Positions 49,543 through 60,254 of a stretch of DNA of 64,000 nt are shown here, piece after piece. Source of the DNA: Roseibacillus sp. Its GTDB lineage: Bacteria > Verrucomicrobiota > Verrucomicrobiia > Verrucomicrobiales > Akkermansiaceae. The notes below the pieces were generated by a model, which saw nothing but the letters and a program-made list of their open reading frames with translations, was not told the DNA's origin and made no database searches. Each line of letters starts with the position of its first letter. The first letter of the stretch is position 1. The stretch lies in contig JBPOGI010000002.1 of NCBI GenBank assembly GCA_051251855.1, forward strand, positions 32,001-96,000. The letters run 5' to 3'. Made by a program: the position numbers and the translations under genes.

Positions 49543-51021
49543 GTGAAATGGTTTTATTTAGATAATGAGGATTCTGTAGTCGGCCCAGCTACCGAATCGG
49601 CCATCCGGGAGCTTTACGCAGAAAATATTCTGAAAAGAGGAGCGCTAATTGCTGCCGAGGGAACTGAAGAATGGGTCCCAGTCGAAGAAACGATCACAGG
49701 TCTCAGCTCTGAGGCTTCCTCAATTCCTTCTCCTCCCGCAGTAGATACTCAGCAAAGCAGTGCTCCCAAGAATCGGCTGGAGTCCAAGAAGCCAGGAGTT
49801 CCAACGATCGACAAAAAGCGTATGCGCGAAGTCGGGCTAAAAGCCGGCGAAGCGGGTATCAAAGCCAGCGCTGCTGCAGGAAGCGCGGCCGGAACTTTTG
49901 CCAGCACCGGAAAATTATTCACTGAGCGCTTCTTGAGAAGTGACCTTCTCAACCAAACTTTAACTAAGGATGAATTTGAAAAGCTTGAGACCGCCAATTC
50001 CCCGATCGATAGCACCGCAGTGAGAAATCTGCTTGCGTGGCGAAGATCGCTTCTTTGGATCGCAGGATTGGCTTTAATTTTGAGTAGTGTTCTGTCACTC
50101 GATCATTTTGTGGGTAGTACTGGAGATAACTTTCCGTGGATTTGGTGGGTAACCGAGGGCACTCAGGCTCTCTCGGTCTTTTTAGCTGGAGTTTTAGCTC
50201 TTCGAGGAGCTGTGATTTGGACCAATATTAAAAATACGAGAAGGTTTGCACGTTATAGCTGGATTTGCATGTTTGTAGTCCCATTCGTAATAGCTTTAAT
50301 ACCGATTACTCCTTTCTTAGATGACCGAATATATGATTCGTTTCTAAAAGGAGAAATTCGGGTACAGCTTGTAATTGAGTCCTTTAGGACGCTCACTCCT
50401 CTGGTTTTCGGACTTTTTTCAGGAGTCATCCGATCCTCTTTGACTCTTAAAACGATGCTCCCAGAGTCTCCCATGCCAGGTTGGGTTGCTGCGATTTTGT
50501 CTCCTATATTTAGTTTGGTGTATCTTATCTTTCTGGTCGCATCAGTGCAGTCTGAGCAGCTTTTGCTGTCGGTAGCGTTTGGGGGTTTGTTGATGGGACC
50601 GCTGATTCTGACACTAAATGTTAGAAATCTCACACGGCCGGTTTCTCATTCGGGCCTTGAAAAAGGTCTAAACAAGGCCCGCCGAGCTAGTCGGCTCGCG
50701 ACAACTTTAGGTTTTGTTGCCTTGCTTCTTTTTCTAGTCGTCAATTTTGAGTTTGTCTCCGATCTTCAGATCGGACTCCTAGGTGTCATTAACTTTCTCT
50801 TAGGGCTGATTGCATCGGTCTTAGTGATTACGGTAGCTAGCTCTGATTTCCTCCTTAGCCTTTTTAAGTCCTCATTTGATCGGGAGGCAGAACTTAAAAG
50901 CACTCCTCTTTATGATGACCTAAATTTGCGCTTCATTGAACTCGATCAGCTCGGGCTTACGGAATTGCAAGCAGGCGAGGAGGAGTTACTGAAAAAAGTG
51001 AGAGGGAAAAGAGATGAGTAA
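49543..51021 (+). CDS. GYF_2 (DUF4339)-domain multi-pass membrane protein
   Basis: MKWFY, VVGP, EGTEEWVP at the N-terminus plus many hydrophobic helices. Confidence 0.75.
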   Translation: MKWFYLDNEDSVVGPATESAIRELYAENILKRGALIAAEGTEEWVPVEETITGLSSEASSIPSPPAVDTQQSSAPKNRLESKKPGVPTIDKKRMREVGLKAGEAGIKASAAAGSAAGTFASTGKLFTERFLRSDLLNQTLTKDEFEKLETANSPIDSTAVRNLLAWRRSLLWIAGLALILSSVLSLDHFVGSTGDNFPWIWWVTEGTQALSVFLAGVLALRGAVIWTNIKNTRRFARYSWICMFVVPFVIALIPITPFLDDRIYDSFLKGEIRVQLVIESFRTLTPLVFGLFSGVIRSSLTLKTMLPESPMPGWVAAILSPIFSLVYLIFLVASVQSEQLLLSVAFGGLLMGPLILTLNVRNLTRPVSHSGLEKGLNKARRASRLATTLGFVALLLFLVVNFEFVSDLQIGLLGVINFLLGLIASVLVITVASSDFLLSLFKSSFDREAELKSTPLYDDLNLRFIELDQLGLTELQAGEEELLKKVRGKRDE

Positions 51022-51058
51022 AATCTCAGTCTTCCAAAAACGTTGATTCACCTCTGAT

Positions 51059-52216
51059 TCAGTTGGAGAACCGAGGTAGGGCCGCAGAAGCTTTCTCCAT
51101 CGCTTCGTCGCCGAGGCGGACGTAGACTCGGTGAACGTCGACAGAGTCGTGGCCAACCCACTCTTGAACGACTGCTGCCGGGATGCCTTGAGCATGCAGG
51201 AATGAGACAGCTGTGACCCGGAGGCTGTGAAATGAGAGCTTAGACGCTTGTCTGACGCGATCGCGTCCGTTCTTGGTTGCGCGATGGCTGACCTTCTCTC
51301 GAAGCCCGCAATCGGCAAGAAGGGAGCTAAATTGGTTTGAGAGCGTTGAGGATCCGTTTTCTTCGTAGAGAGCCCCGAGCCTAGGGTGGACCAGCTCTGG
51401 ATGTGAATTCTGTTGCTTCTGGATATTGGCCATGAGGTCATCTGAGATTTTAATTTTCACTGACCGAGAGGTTTTTCGAGTACGGATGCTTAGGCTAGCG
51501 TTTGGGATATCAATGGTGGACCAACGCATAGTGGCAAGGTCACCTAGGCGCTGCCCGGTGTAGATGCCAAAAAGGACCATGCTCTTCCATTCACCGTCGA
51601 TGTGACGCAAGAGGAGTCTGACTTGCTCTTCAGTGAAGGCCTGTCTTTCATCTGCGTTCTTAGAGGGTGCCGCTTTGCGGGAGAGTTTCAGGTTGGCGGT
51701 TGGTTCCTCTAGGCAGAGACCTTCTTTTTGAGCTGCCTTGAAGAGCGCTCTCAAGGCCTTTGTTTTGTTGGTGACAGTGGACTCGGCTACCCGTTCTCTA
51801 AGGTGGTTTCGGTAGCGGGCGATATCGGAGCTGGTGATGTCGGCGAGATCTTGGTCGGCCTGGTCTGCGAGCCAGTCGACAAAGTCCGTGAGGGATTTTT
51901 TGTAGGCTTTGTAAGTGGACTTGCTCGTTTCCCCGGCCTTGCGTTCTAGGTAGAGGCTGAGGTAGCGGCGAACTGTCATCGTGGGAATCAGGTCGCCCGT
52001 GAGTCGTTGATGAAGATCGGAGATCACTTCTTTAACCTGTCGGGCTGAGCGTCGTATTTTGGAAGCGTCCTCAAACTCTTCGGCGAGGCGCTGAGCTTGG
52101 CGGCGGTTCTTATGTTTAGCCGGGAGCTTAGTGGATCGTTCGCAACGTTTTCCGTTCTCATCATACCAAGCGGCGATGAAATATTTTGAGTTCGGTTTGG
52201 TTCGTAGGTAGGCCAT
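51059..52216 (-). CDS. int: Tyrosine integrase
   Basis: TGQRLGDL (R), KT (K), FHSLR (HxxR), VGH and Y; SAM-like core; adjacent to att. Confidence 0.95.
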   Translation of the reverse strand: MAYLRTKPNSKYFIAAWYDENGKRCERSTKLPAKHKNRRQAQRLAEEFEDASKIRRSARQVKEVISDLHQRLTGDLIPTMTVRRYLSLYLERKAGETSKSTYKAYKKSLTDFVDWLADQADQDLADITSSDIARYRNHLRERVAESTVTNKTKALRALFKAAQKEGLCLEEPTANLKLSRKAAPSKNADERQAFTEEQVRLLLRHIDGEWKSMVLFGIYTGQRLGDLATMRWSTIDIPNASLSIRTRKTSRSVKIKISDDLMANIQKQQNSHPELVHPRLGALYEENGSSTLSNQFSSLLADCGLREKVSHRATKNGRDRVRQASKLSFHSLRVTAVSFLHAQGIPAAVVQEWVGHDSVDVHRVYVRLGDEAMEKASAALPRFSN

Positions 52217-52231
52217 TGAAGGGGGACGTTG

Positions 52232-52252
52232 GTGACACTAAAAGTGACACTG
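52232..52252 (+). repeat. Putative integrase arm-type site, right
   Basis: GTGACACTAAAAGTGACACTG, identical to 21201-21221. Confidence 0.75.
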
Positions 52253-52345
52253 TAAGAACCCATTCGAGGGTGTTCGTGCAAGTCCAAAAAACGCAGCTGT
52301 AAGGGTTTGAACGGTAGTGAACTACGGCGAACGAAGGTTTCTCTT

Positions 52346-52375
52346 TCCAGGGTTCGAATCCCTGCTGGTCCGCCA
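52346..52375 (+). repeat. att core, right copy
   Basis: 30-bp duplicate of the tRNA-Ser 3' end. Confidence 0.92.
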
Positions 52376-52690
52376 GACCCCAATCCAGCTCCGCTGGGTT
52401 GGGGTCTGGCTTTTTCAGGAGGGCCGAGAAACCCACCCGAGCCTCCGGCGAGACGGGTTCGAACGCCGTCTTTTCTTTAGAAAAGAATCATTACAAAAAG
52501 AACTCCGGAGGAGGAGTTCTGCACATCGCGTGACCCGAGCGGAGCGAAGATAATCCCTGCTGGTCCGCCAGACCCCAATCCAGCTCTGCTGGGTTGGGGT
52601 CTGGCTTTTTCAGGCAGGGCCGAGAACACATCCGGTCCCTCGGCGAGACGGGTTCGAACGCTGACTTTTCCTTAGAAAAGAAACCATTGC
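52357..52690 (+). repeat. tRNA-linked tandem repeat (195-bp period, second unit partial)
   Basis: AATCCCTGCTGGTCCGCCA + long hairpin + GGCGAGACGGGTTCGAACG starting at 52357 and again at 52552. Confidence 0.85.
52372..52415 (+). terminator. Probable original tRNA terminator (duplicated at 52567-52610)
   Basis: 18-bp stem GCCAGACCCCAATCCAGC/GCTGGGTTGGGGTCTGGC followed by TTTTT. Confidence 0.75.
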
Positions 52691-52766
52691 GTTCTGCTTA
52701 GAGGACTTCTTTGTAGAGGGCTGCCCCGTAAGGTTCCAAATGCCGGCGAGGGTATTGTCGTTGTTA

Positions 52767-54332
52767 TCACTCTCCGATGCAGATGACTTCGGTGAGGGTG
52801 CGGGTGTAGAGGTGGTGGTTGGCGTAGGTGAGAGAGCTGAGGGTCCAGGTTTTTCCGGTGGGGCCGAGGTCGTTGATGGCGATGAGGGCTTTTTCGGAGA
52901 ATTCGGGGGCTTGGGTGTCGATGACGTAGACGGTGCCGCTCATGAGGGGGAAGTAGAGATATTGGCCAACGAGGATGGGGCTGGCTGCAGAGACGTGACC
53001 CCAACCGCTGCCTTCCGACCGTTTGTCGCTGCTCAGGTTCATCCCTTGTGTGTTTTTGGGTTTGTTCGGAGGGGCTTTGGTGGAATCCCAAATTTCGGTC
53101 CGATTTCCGTCTGGGGTGACTGCGAGTTGGTGGGGGACTTCGAGATACTCTACTTTCTGGGAACCTAGGCTGACGCGGCCAATGGCGTTGTGTTCATGAG
53201 CGAGAAAGTAGTGCCAGTCTCCCACCACGATATTGGTGTGGTAAGTGATGAGTCGCGGCTTTTTGCCCGGAAGGTCGATGCCTTGGAGCAGTTTGCGCGA
53301 TTCAGAATCTGGGTCGTGGCTCCAGAGGTCGACTTTTTTTCGCAGGTTCTGGCGGGAAAGCTCGCGGCCGGTCTTGGTGTCCAAGATGAGATGATACTCT
53401 CCGGCGAAGGCATAGAAGTGTTTGGCATTCCAATGGTTGTTGACCATGGGGTTGAGCTTGGGAACTTCTGATGACCACAGGACGGTGCCTTCTTTTCCGG
53501 GAGCCAAGCTGGTGAGGCTGAAGCCAGAGGGGGTTTCGAGCGGATTGTGGGGGCCGCCGCGAGCGTGGAGCACGGCCCAGTCTCCGTTTTCCTGTTGAGC
53601 TATCATGGGGGTGTTGTGCACGACGGTACCTGCGGCTTCGATCCAAAGAGTTTCGCCGGTTGAGGCATCTAAGCTATGGAGATAGGTCCAGACAGATTTG
53701 GCCTCGACTTCCTTGGGGATGGCTTTGTGACGTTCGAGTTTCTGAGCGGCTTCTTTGTCGCGAGCTTCTACTACAAGAAGTTGGTTGTTGATGAGGATGG
53801 GTTCACACTGTCTGTTGGTGTGGCGTTTGCGAGGGGTGTATTCGCGGAGCCAGATTTGATTTCCCTTCATATCGTAGCAACCGATGGAGCCGCTCCGGTT
53901 GAAGAACCAGACGTGCTTGCCGTCGGTAATGGGAGCGAAGACGGTGGCGTCGCTAAAGATTCCAGCGACTCCGACGGGTACCGAACCGGGGAGGTTTACG
54001 GTCCAGAGGATGGCTCCGTCGGTGAGGTCGAGGCTATAGCCGACGATCTCTTTTGCTGTTCCGATGTCGTCGGCTGACTGAAGGGGCTTGTAGGTGGTGA
54101 GGAAGCCGCGGTCTTTCCAGATGGTGACTGAGCTTTGCCCGTGTTCTGGCAGGGGCGTTCGCCACTTGATGTTTTTGTTTTGAGTGCCACTCCATTGGGT
54201 CGGCGCTTTTCCTTCCGCTTTCCAATCCGCGTTGGGTCCAGCGGCTTGGGGCCAGGTGTCAGCGTATCCGTTGAACGCAAGGAGGACGCTGAGCGCTGAG
54301 GTGAGGATTATGGCGGTGGGGAAGGTGGGCAT
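52767..54332 (-). CDS. PQQ-like beta-propeller exported protein
   Basis: Signal peptide, WPQAAGP, NIKWRTPLP, repeated G..LW motifs, ASPIL. Confidence 0.85.
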   Translation of the reverse strand: MPTFPTAIILTSALSVLLAFNGYADTWPQAAGPNADWKAEGKAPTQWSGTQNKNIKWRTPLPEHGQSSVTIWKDRGFLTTYKPLQSADDIGTAKEIVGYSLDLTDGAILWTVNLPGSVPVGVAGIFSDATVFAPITDGKHVWFFNRSGSIGCYDMKGNQIWLREYTPRKRHTNRQCEPILINNQLLVVEARDKEAAQKLERHKAIPKEVEAKSVWTYLHSLDASTGETLWIEAAGTVVHNTPMIAQQENGDWAVLHARGGPHNPLETPSGFSLTSLAPGKEGTVLWSSEVPKLNPMVNNHWNAKHFYAFAGEYHLILDTKTGRELSRQNLRKKVDLWSHDPDSESRKLLQGIDLPGKKPRLITYHTNIVVGDWHYFLAHEHNAIGRVSLGSQKVEYLEVPHQLAVTPDGNRTEIWDSTKAPPNKPKNTQGMNLSSDKRSEGSGWGHVSAASPILVGQYLYFPLMSGTVYVIDTQAPEFSEKALIAINDLGPTGKTWTLSSLTYANHHLYTRTLTEVICIGE

Positions 54333-54605
54333 TTTTTTAAGGGCAAAGAAAAGAACCGAAATCCTGCGAGAGCCTGGTAAGGGCCGTGACGGGATGGGAT
54401 GAGTTGAGTTTGAATGAGAGTTTCTTTATGAGAAGGTTGAGTTTTACGTGTGCTGTCAGTGGGTTTATTTCAAAAGAGACGATATACCTACCTTCTGAAA
54501 AATTCGTTTGAGAGTCCGTATCAGAACAACGATGCTATTCGAACCTGATGTTTTACTTTGCCTGATCCGAGTGGAGCGAGGTTAAATCTTCACAGTTCGC
54601 CATTT

Positions 54606-54635
54606 AAAAAAAGCACCCTATGCGGGTGCTTTTTT
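54606..54635. terminator. Bidirectional intrinsic terminator
   Basis: AAAAAAAGCACCC-TATGC-GGGTGCTTTTTT. Confidence 0.75.
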
Positions 54636-54664
54636 GTTTTCAAAGAGGGAGGAGTCGAGAAGAT

Positions 54665-55591
54665 TTAAGCCTTCAAGGGGATGCAGATGTCGACGATCCA
54701 CTTTTTCTCGGGATGCTCTTCGGCGTTGTTGTAGTAGACCTCGTAGCAGGGGCTTTCGCCGGGCTCGCGGCCGCTTTGGGTGAGCCAGACATAGGCGTCT
54801 TCCCAGGCTTTCTTGAATTCTTGGGCTGTCACCTCCGCGCGACAAACGGCATGAGGGCCACCTGGGAGGGTTTGTACGGCGACTTGTCCGGTTGGCTCCA
54901 TCTCCTTCGGGATCTGCACGCAAGCATCGGTGCGGCATTTGTCGGGAGGAGTGATTTCGGGGTTGTCCCAGTAAACTCCGAGAAGGGTGCCAGGGCCTAC
55001 CAAGCCTTTCGGGGCGGCCCATTGCATCAATTCGCCAAAGGCGGCTCCGACGACTTCGGGGCCGTAAGGTCCGACTTTTCTGACGAAGGCGACGTGGTGT
55101 TCGGGCATTTCTTTTATTTCTGCATTCATAGTCTTTAGTGTTTCACTGTTTGCTGACTCTTTGAGTTCAGTGAATGCATCATAGTTGAGATGAAGGGGGG
55201 ATGCGTTTCCCTGCTTGCTAGGTGTGTTTCCAATCTTGCTTTCTCGAAACTCGGTAGGGGATTGGCCGAACTGGATGCGAAAGGCTTTGGCAAAGTTCTG
55301 TGAACTCGAGAATCCAAAGTCGATGGCGATGGAGGTGATGTCAGTCTGGGAGTGGAAGATGAGGTGGTTGGCGGCGGCCTCTAGGCGGATGCGTCTCGTG
55401 AACTCTGCGACGGTCTCACCGACGACGGCTTTGAAGATTCGGTGAAAGTGATAGGTGGAGAATGAGGCTTCGCGAGCGACTTCTTCCAACGGGATGTTTT
55501 CTTGCACATTGCGGCTGATAAAGTTCATCGCCTTGCAAACTCGTCGGCGATAGTCCTCTGCGGTCTGGGACGAGGTCTGTGTTTGCTTCAT
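54665..55591 (-). CDS. AraC regulator with GyrI-like effector domain
   Basis: FSTYHFHRIFK, GFSSSQNFAKAF, C-terminal DNPEITPPDKCRTDAC and YEVYYN. Confidence 0.92.
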   Translation of the reverse strand: MKQTQTSSQTAEDYRRRVCKAMNFISRNVQENIPLEEVAREASFSTYHFHRIFKAVVGETVAEFTRRIRLEAAANHLIFHSQTDITSIAIDFGFSSSQNFAKAFRIQFGQSPTEFRESKIGNTPSKQGNASPLHLNYDAFTELKESANSETLKTMNAEIKEMPEHHVAFVRKVGPYGPEVVGAAFGELMQWAAPKGLVGPGTLLGVYWDNPEITPPDKCRTDACVQIPKEMEPTGQVAVQTLPGGPHAVCRAEVTAQEFKKAWEDAYVWLTQSGREPGESPCYEVYYNNAEEHPEKKWIVDICIPLKA

Positions 55592-55663
55592 AGGGATATC
55601 TTGAACCGATTCTTTGTCGTTAGGCGAACAAAGAATGACGGCCGAAGAGGTTTGGAAAGCGGT

Positions 55664-58600
55664 CTATTTCTTCTCTTCCTTGAGAGTCGAGATGTAGGCG
55701 ACGAGGTCGGCGATGGTATCGTCGGGGAGTTGGCCGAAGAGGGCGGGCATGAAGGAGCGTCCTCCGACGAAGGCGGCTTTTTTGATTTCGGCTTGGGGGA
55801 CGAAGACGCGTCCGCCGCCCATGAGCGCGATGGTGGTTCCGAGGGCTTCTTCTTTGTCTAAGAGTCCTTCCACGACGGAGCCGTCGGTTTTGGTGATGCG
55901 GTAGAGTCCGTAGCCTCCTTCGACGGCGGCGTCGGGGTCGACGATGGCGGTGAGGAGGTGTTCCAAGTCGCGGTGGCCGGATCCGTCGAGGGGAGGGGCG
56001 ATGTCTTGGCCTTCGGTGCCGACTTGGTGACAGGTGAGGCAGCTGGCGAAGGTGAGTTTTCCTTTGGCGGGGTCGCCGGGGTTGGCGGTGATTTTGGCCA
56101 TGAGGTCATGAATGCGAGCCTGCGCTTGTTTGCGTTGCTGGGCGACTTGCTGTCGTGCGGCGGTGATGATTTTTTTGGCCTGTGGGTTGTTAGGATCGGC
56201 TTGAATCATGCGCTCTGCGGAGGAGAGGTCGAAGTCGGTGGGGGTGAGTTCGCCGCTTGCTGCGAGGCGAGCGAGGAGTTGGGCTCCGACAGGAGATTGC
56301 GAGAATTGGCTGGTGAGCTGGCTCTTTTGGGTGGCGTCGTCGGTGGTGGCGAGGGCTTGGGCGAGGCGGAGGCTCTCGGCTTCGTTCACGGGGGCGAGAG
56401 CGAGGGCGGCGTCGATGCGGAGGTCGAGAGGGTTGGCTTCGTCAGTGGCTAGGGCTTGGAAGTTACTCGCGTTTTTCTCGGGATTGACGGCTTGGGCGCT
56501 GAGGAGGAGTCGGAGGTTGTCGGAATTGGACTTAATGCCAGAGACTTGTTCGGAGAGGCTGGCGATTCTGAATTTGCCAACTGCGCTGAGTCCGAGGGCT
56601 TGCGTTTCGGGGGACTTGAGAAGATGGGCCACGGTGGGGGTGAGCATCTTGAAGAGTTGAGGGGACTGGACGCGGGACTGATTGGCGAGCGAGAGGCTGA
56701 CGAGGTTTTGCGCTTTGGTGAGGTCTTGGAAGGTGGGCTGGAGAGCGGCATCGACTTCCTTGTCTCCGAGCATGGAGGTGATGGCGACGAAGGTTTCGGA
56801 GTCTAGGGTTTCTCCGGAGGCTTGCTCCCAGATGCGGAGGAAGGCGGCGTTCTTGTCCTTGGCATCGAGAGCTTGGATGGCCCAGAGGATATTGGCGGCG
56901 GGGTGATTGCTCGCCGAGGTGTCGAGGTAGCTTTTGAGCTCGGCGGGGAATTTTTCGAGAGCCATGCGGGCGAGGAAGCGTTCGAAGTTTCGTTCGTAGG
57001 AACCGCCCAAAGCGTTTCCTTCGAGGGCGGGCTTACAGGCTTCGATGAGGAGGGCGAGGACGGCTGGGTCGCTGGTCTTGAGGTCGCTGAGGGTGCGGAT
57101 GGTCTGTGAGCGCACCATGACGTTGGGGTCTTCGAGGTGTCCGGTGAGGCGGCTGGCGACTTCGGCAGGGGAGAGCTCGAAGGAGGCGAGAGAGCGGACC
57201 GCTTCGCGTCGCAGGTCGTCATTGGTGGAGGACAGAAGAGAATCTAACAATTGGGAGTCGAACTGGCGGAGTTCTTCCAAGGACCAAAGAGCGTGGATGC
57301 GAGTGACGGTGTCGACTTTCTCATCGGCGACCATTTTTATGAGGGCCGGGGCAAGTTCTTGCAGAGCGCGGTCACCGATTTGCTGCCAAGCGGCACGTTT
57401 TTCCCAGAGGCTGGGAGCTTGTAGATGGGTGAGAAGTTGTTCGGGGGTGGCTTGGGTGACGTCTGGGATAGCGCGGGGCAGTTGGCTTTCGTGACGAATA
57501 CGCCAGATGCGGCCATGGGTGCGGTCGCGGTCGGGATGGCCGGTGCTGACCTCGTTATGCGAAATGATTTTGTTGTAGAAGTCGGCGACATAGAGGCAAC
57601 CGTCGGGGCCGAACTCGAGGTTGACGGGGCGGAACCAGTCGTCTTCGGAGGTTAGGAAATCGGGGAGGTGTTCTGCCTCGACGGTGCCATCGGGATTGCG
57701 ATGAACGCGGACGGCGTTGATGGTGGAGGTGATGCCGTTGCCAAGGAGGGCGACATCTTTCCACTCGTCCACCGGGAAGCTGCCCGCAGTGTCGTCGGAG
57801 AACTCGAGACCAGAGATACCGGTGCCACCGACTCGGAATTTGTGAAGGTTGGGTAATAGAGGCTGGTAAGATCGCATGGGATGGAAGGCCGCACCGGTGA
57901 CGGCGGTGCCGTGCTCCCAAGGGATGATGGAGTAGGCGCGGTCGTTGGCCTCGGTGCCATACCACTCGCCATTGGCACGAAGTTGCAGACCCCACATGTT
58001 GCTGGGTCCGGAGGAAAGGACTTCGAGGTCTTGGTGGTCGAGGGGGAAGCGCACTTGGCAGGAGGCGTTGACCTCGGCTTGCTTGCCAGAGGCGACGGCG
58101 GTGACGGTGCCTTTGTTGAGGGCGCCTTGGGTAAAGTGAATGTAGCTGCCGGGACCGCGCACGAGGAGGTGGGACATGGTGTGGGTATCGATGAAGCCAA
58201 AGCCGGTGAGGACGGGCTCCATCTTGTCGGACTTGTCATCGCCGTCGGTGTCGCGCAGGAGGAAAAGCTCGGAACCGTGGCAAACATAGGCGCCGTCTTT
58301 GTAGGGGAGGATGCTCTGAGGAATGGAGAGTCCGTCTGCCCAGACGTGAAGGGGCTCGGTGGCGGGTTGGGTGGGGTCGTCGAGGATGAGGATCTTGTCT
58401 TCGCCTTTGGTCTTGAGCTGATAGAGGGCTTTGACGCGCTGGAAATCGGGATGTTCTTGTTGCGTTTTCTGGTCATCCATCAAACGGAGGATTTCGTTCC
58501 ACTTGATGCCGCTGATGGGATCGAGGGGATACATCTGAGCGGTTTGAGTCCAGAGGCGGCCTTGGTCGTCAAAACTGAGGTCGATGGGATTGATGACGCC

Positions 58601-60097
58601 GTGTTCTTCGGAGGCGACGAGCTCGATGACGAAGCCGGGAGGGACGGTGAATCCAGCGAGTTGTTCGGCAGCGGATTGCGCCTTGGTGCGCGCAGATTGA
58701 GTTTTCTTTCTAGGCCGCGCTTTCTTGGCAATTGCTTGAGCTGATGGTTTTTGGGGCTTGGCGGTGGCCTTTCGTTTTTTTGTTTCGTCGGGGAGAAGCT
58801 TTCCTTGCGTGGAAAAGGCGTCGAGAACGATGTGGCCCCAGCCAGTTTCTCTTTGGTCGACGAGGCGGAGAAAGACGGACTTGCCGACGAGCTCGGGGGC
58901 TTGCCAGCTTTGAGGAGCAAAGACCTCGGAGTTCTGGGCGGAGGCTTTTTTGACTTCCTTGCCATCGAGGGTGCAGAGAGCGAGGTAGGTGTTGTCGTGA
59001 CTGCCTCCTGAGAGGGCGAACTGAATGTCGGGGCCGGTGAGTTGGAAGACGGGAGACTCGAGGATGCCTGTTTGTCTGTCGTTGGGAGGCCCGTCGGCGC
59101 GGTCTTCTAGTGTTCCGAGGTAGTATTCGCCTTCCTTATGAAGGGGCTGCTGACTATTGCGGGTGAGCTTGTTGTTGGCGATGGGATGCGCGAACCAGCC
59201 TTCTGCGATATACCAACCTTGCAGGTCTCCGCTCTCGAAGTTAAAATTGATACGGCCCTCTCCTTTGGGAAGAGGGGGGAGTGAGTTGGAGGCGTTTTTA
59301 GGCTCTTTGGTTGTTCTAGGGTTCTTGGGGCGGGGTTTTCTTTTGGCGGGTGGGGCGAGCTTGAGAGCTTCCTTCAATCCGCCAAGAGATTCCCATGTGG
59401 GGGCACCGGGAGTGGCGGGGAGTTCTCGAATGGTGATGTCTTTGACTTGCACAAGAGCCACGCCGCCGGAGTGAACTTGGGGGGCGATGATGCCATCTAG
59501 GGCGATATTGGGGTTGGTTTCGGTGTAATCAGTGGCGAGAACGTCGTTAATCCACACCCGAATCCGTGGTCCCTCGGCGAGAATGCGGTAGTCGTTCCAG
59601 CCGTAAATATCGACCGCCTTGTCGAGAGCCGCGGCATCGACTTGAATGGCGATGGGGGTGCGGCGGCGGAATTCATCATAGATTTTTCCGAACCAATCTT
59701 TGCCGCAATCAACTTGGTAACCGGCGACATGATCCCCGCCAGGAACGCGAGTACTTCGAATTTGAATCCCGCTATTGATAAGGCCAGTTTTGGGGTCTCC
59801 GCTGCATTTGATGGTCAACTTGAGCTCGAAGTTATGGAAGCTCTTCTGAGTGCTGATGAAGGTGTTGCGGGGAATTTTATCGGTGGTCGATCCGCCGGTG
59901 ATTAGGCCGTCTTTGACTCGCCACATTTGGGGATCAAAGTCCCAGCCTGCGAGGGTTTTTCCGTCGAAAAGGGAAAGGGCCTCGTTGTCCTGCGCGGAGA
60001 CGGGACAGAGAGAAAAGAGAGCGGCGATGAGGAGCATCGCGCGACGAATTCGACTGGGGTAAGGCATGATAGTGATGGCAACGGTTGGCAGCCTCAC
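55664..60097 (-). CDS. PVC-type heme-binding (CxxCH) dehydrogenase-like protein with N-terminal DUF1080
   Basis: SLFDGKTLAGW and NSGIQIRS (DUF1080), propeller FRPVNLEFGPDG.LYVADFY, HEAT-like repeats, CLTCH. Confidence 0.88.
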   Translation of the reverse strand: MRLPTVAITIMPYPSRIRRAMLLIAALFSLCPVSAQDNEALSLFDGKTLAGWDFDPQMWRVKDGLITGGSTTDKIPRNTFISTQKSFHNFELKLTIKCSGDPKTGLINSGIQIRSTRVPGGDHVAGYQVDCGKDWFGKIYDEFRRRTPIAIQVDAAALDKAVDIYGWNDYRILAEGPRIRVWINDVLATDYTETNPNIALDGIIAPQVHSGGVALVQVKDITIRELPATPGAPTWESLGGLKEALKLAPPAKRKPRPKNPRTTKEPKNASNSLPPLPKGEGRINFNFESGDLQGWYIAEGWFAHPIANNKLTRNSQQPLHKEGEYYLGTLEDRADGPPNDRQTGILESPVFQLTGPDIQFALSGGSHDNTYLALCTLDGKEVKKASAQNSEVFAPQSWQAPELVGKSVFLRLVDQRETGWGHIVLDAFSTQGKLLPDETKKRKATAKPQKPSAQAIAKKARPRKKTQSARTKAQSAAEQLAGFTVPPGFVIELVASEEHGVINPIDLSFDDQGRLWTQTAQMYPLDPISGIKWNEILRLMDDQKTQQEHPDFQRVKALYQLKTKGEDKILILDDPTQPATEPLHVWADGLSIPQSILPYKDGAYVCHGSELFLLRDTDGDDKSDKMEPVLTGFGFIDTHTMSHLLVRGPGSYIHFTQGALNKGTVTAVASGKQAEVNASCQVRFPLDHQDLEVLSSGPSNMWGLQLRANGEWYGTEANDRAYSIIPWEHGTAVTGAAFHPMRSYQPLLPNLHKFRVGGTGISGLEFSDDTAGSFPVDEWKDVALLGNGITSTINAVRVHRNPDGTVEAEHLPDFLTSEDDWFRPVNLEFGPDGCLYVADFYNKIISHNEVSTGHPDRDRTHGRIWRIRHESQLPRAIPDVTQATPEQLLTHLQAPSLWEKRAAWQQIGDRALQELAPALIKMVADEKVDTVTRIHALWSLEELRQFDSQLLDSLLSSTNDDLRREAVRSLASFELSPAEVASRLTGHLEDPNVMVRSQTIRTLSDLKTSDPAVLALLIEACKPALEGNALGGSYERNFERFLARMALEKFPAELKSYLDTSASNHPAANILWAIQALDAKDKNAAFLRIWEQASGETLDSETFVAITSMLGDKEVDAALQPTFQDLTKAQNLVSLSLANQSRVQSPQLFKMLTPTVAHLLKSPETQALGLSAVGKFRIASLSEQVSGIKSNSDNLRLLLSAQAVNPEKNASNFQALATDEANPLDLRIDAALALAPVNEAESLRLAQALATTDDATQKSQLTSQFSQSPVGAQLLARLAASGELTPTDFDLSSAERMIQADPNNPQAKKIITAARQQVAQQRKQAQARIHDLMAKITANPGDPAKGKLTFASCLTCHQVGTEGQDIAPPLDGSGHRDLEHLLTAIVDPDAAVEGGYGLYRITKTDGSVVEGLLDKEEALGTTIALMGGGRVFVPQAEIKKAAFVGGRSFMPALFGQLPDDTIADLVAYISTLKEEKK

Positions 60098-60254
60098 TTT
60101 CTATCGTGTTATCCTATTTGAGTCCATGCCGTTGAAGCTCTCTGAAATATCGAAAACCCACATTTAGGTGGAAAAACCCCTTCGTCTCGGGGTCAGCAGT
60201 CGTTGAATCGGCAGGGCCGCCACGACCGATTGAGTGACTATTTCTTGCGAATTG

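Noticed and set aside
52346..52690. Additional tRNA genes or a CRISPR array
   Set aside because: Only 30-nt and 19-nt tRNA 3' fragments with no D or anticodon arms; two units only, with conserved rather than unique intervening sequence
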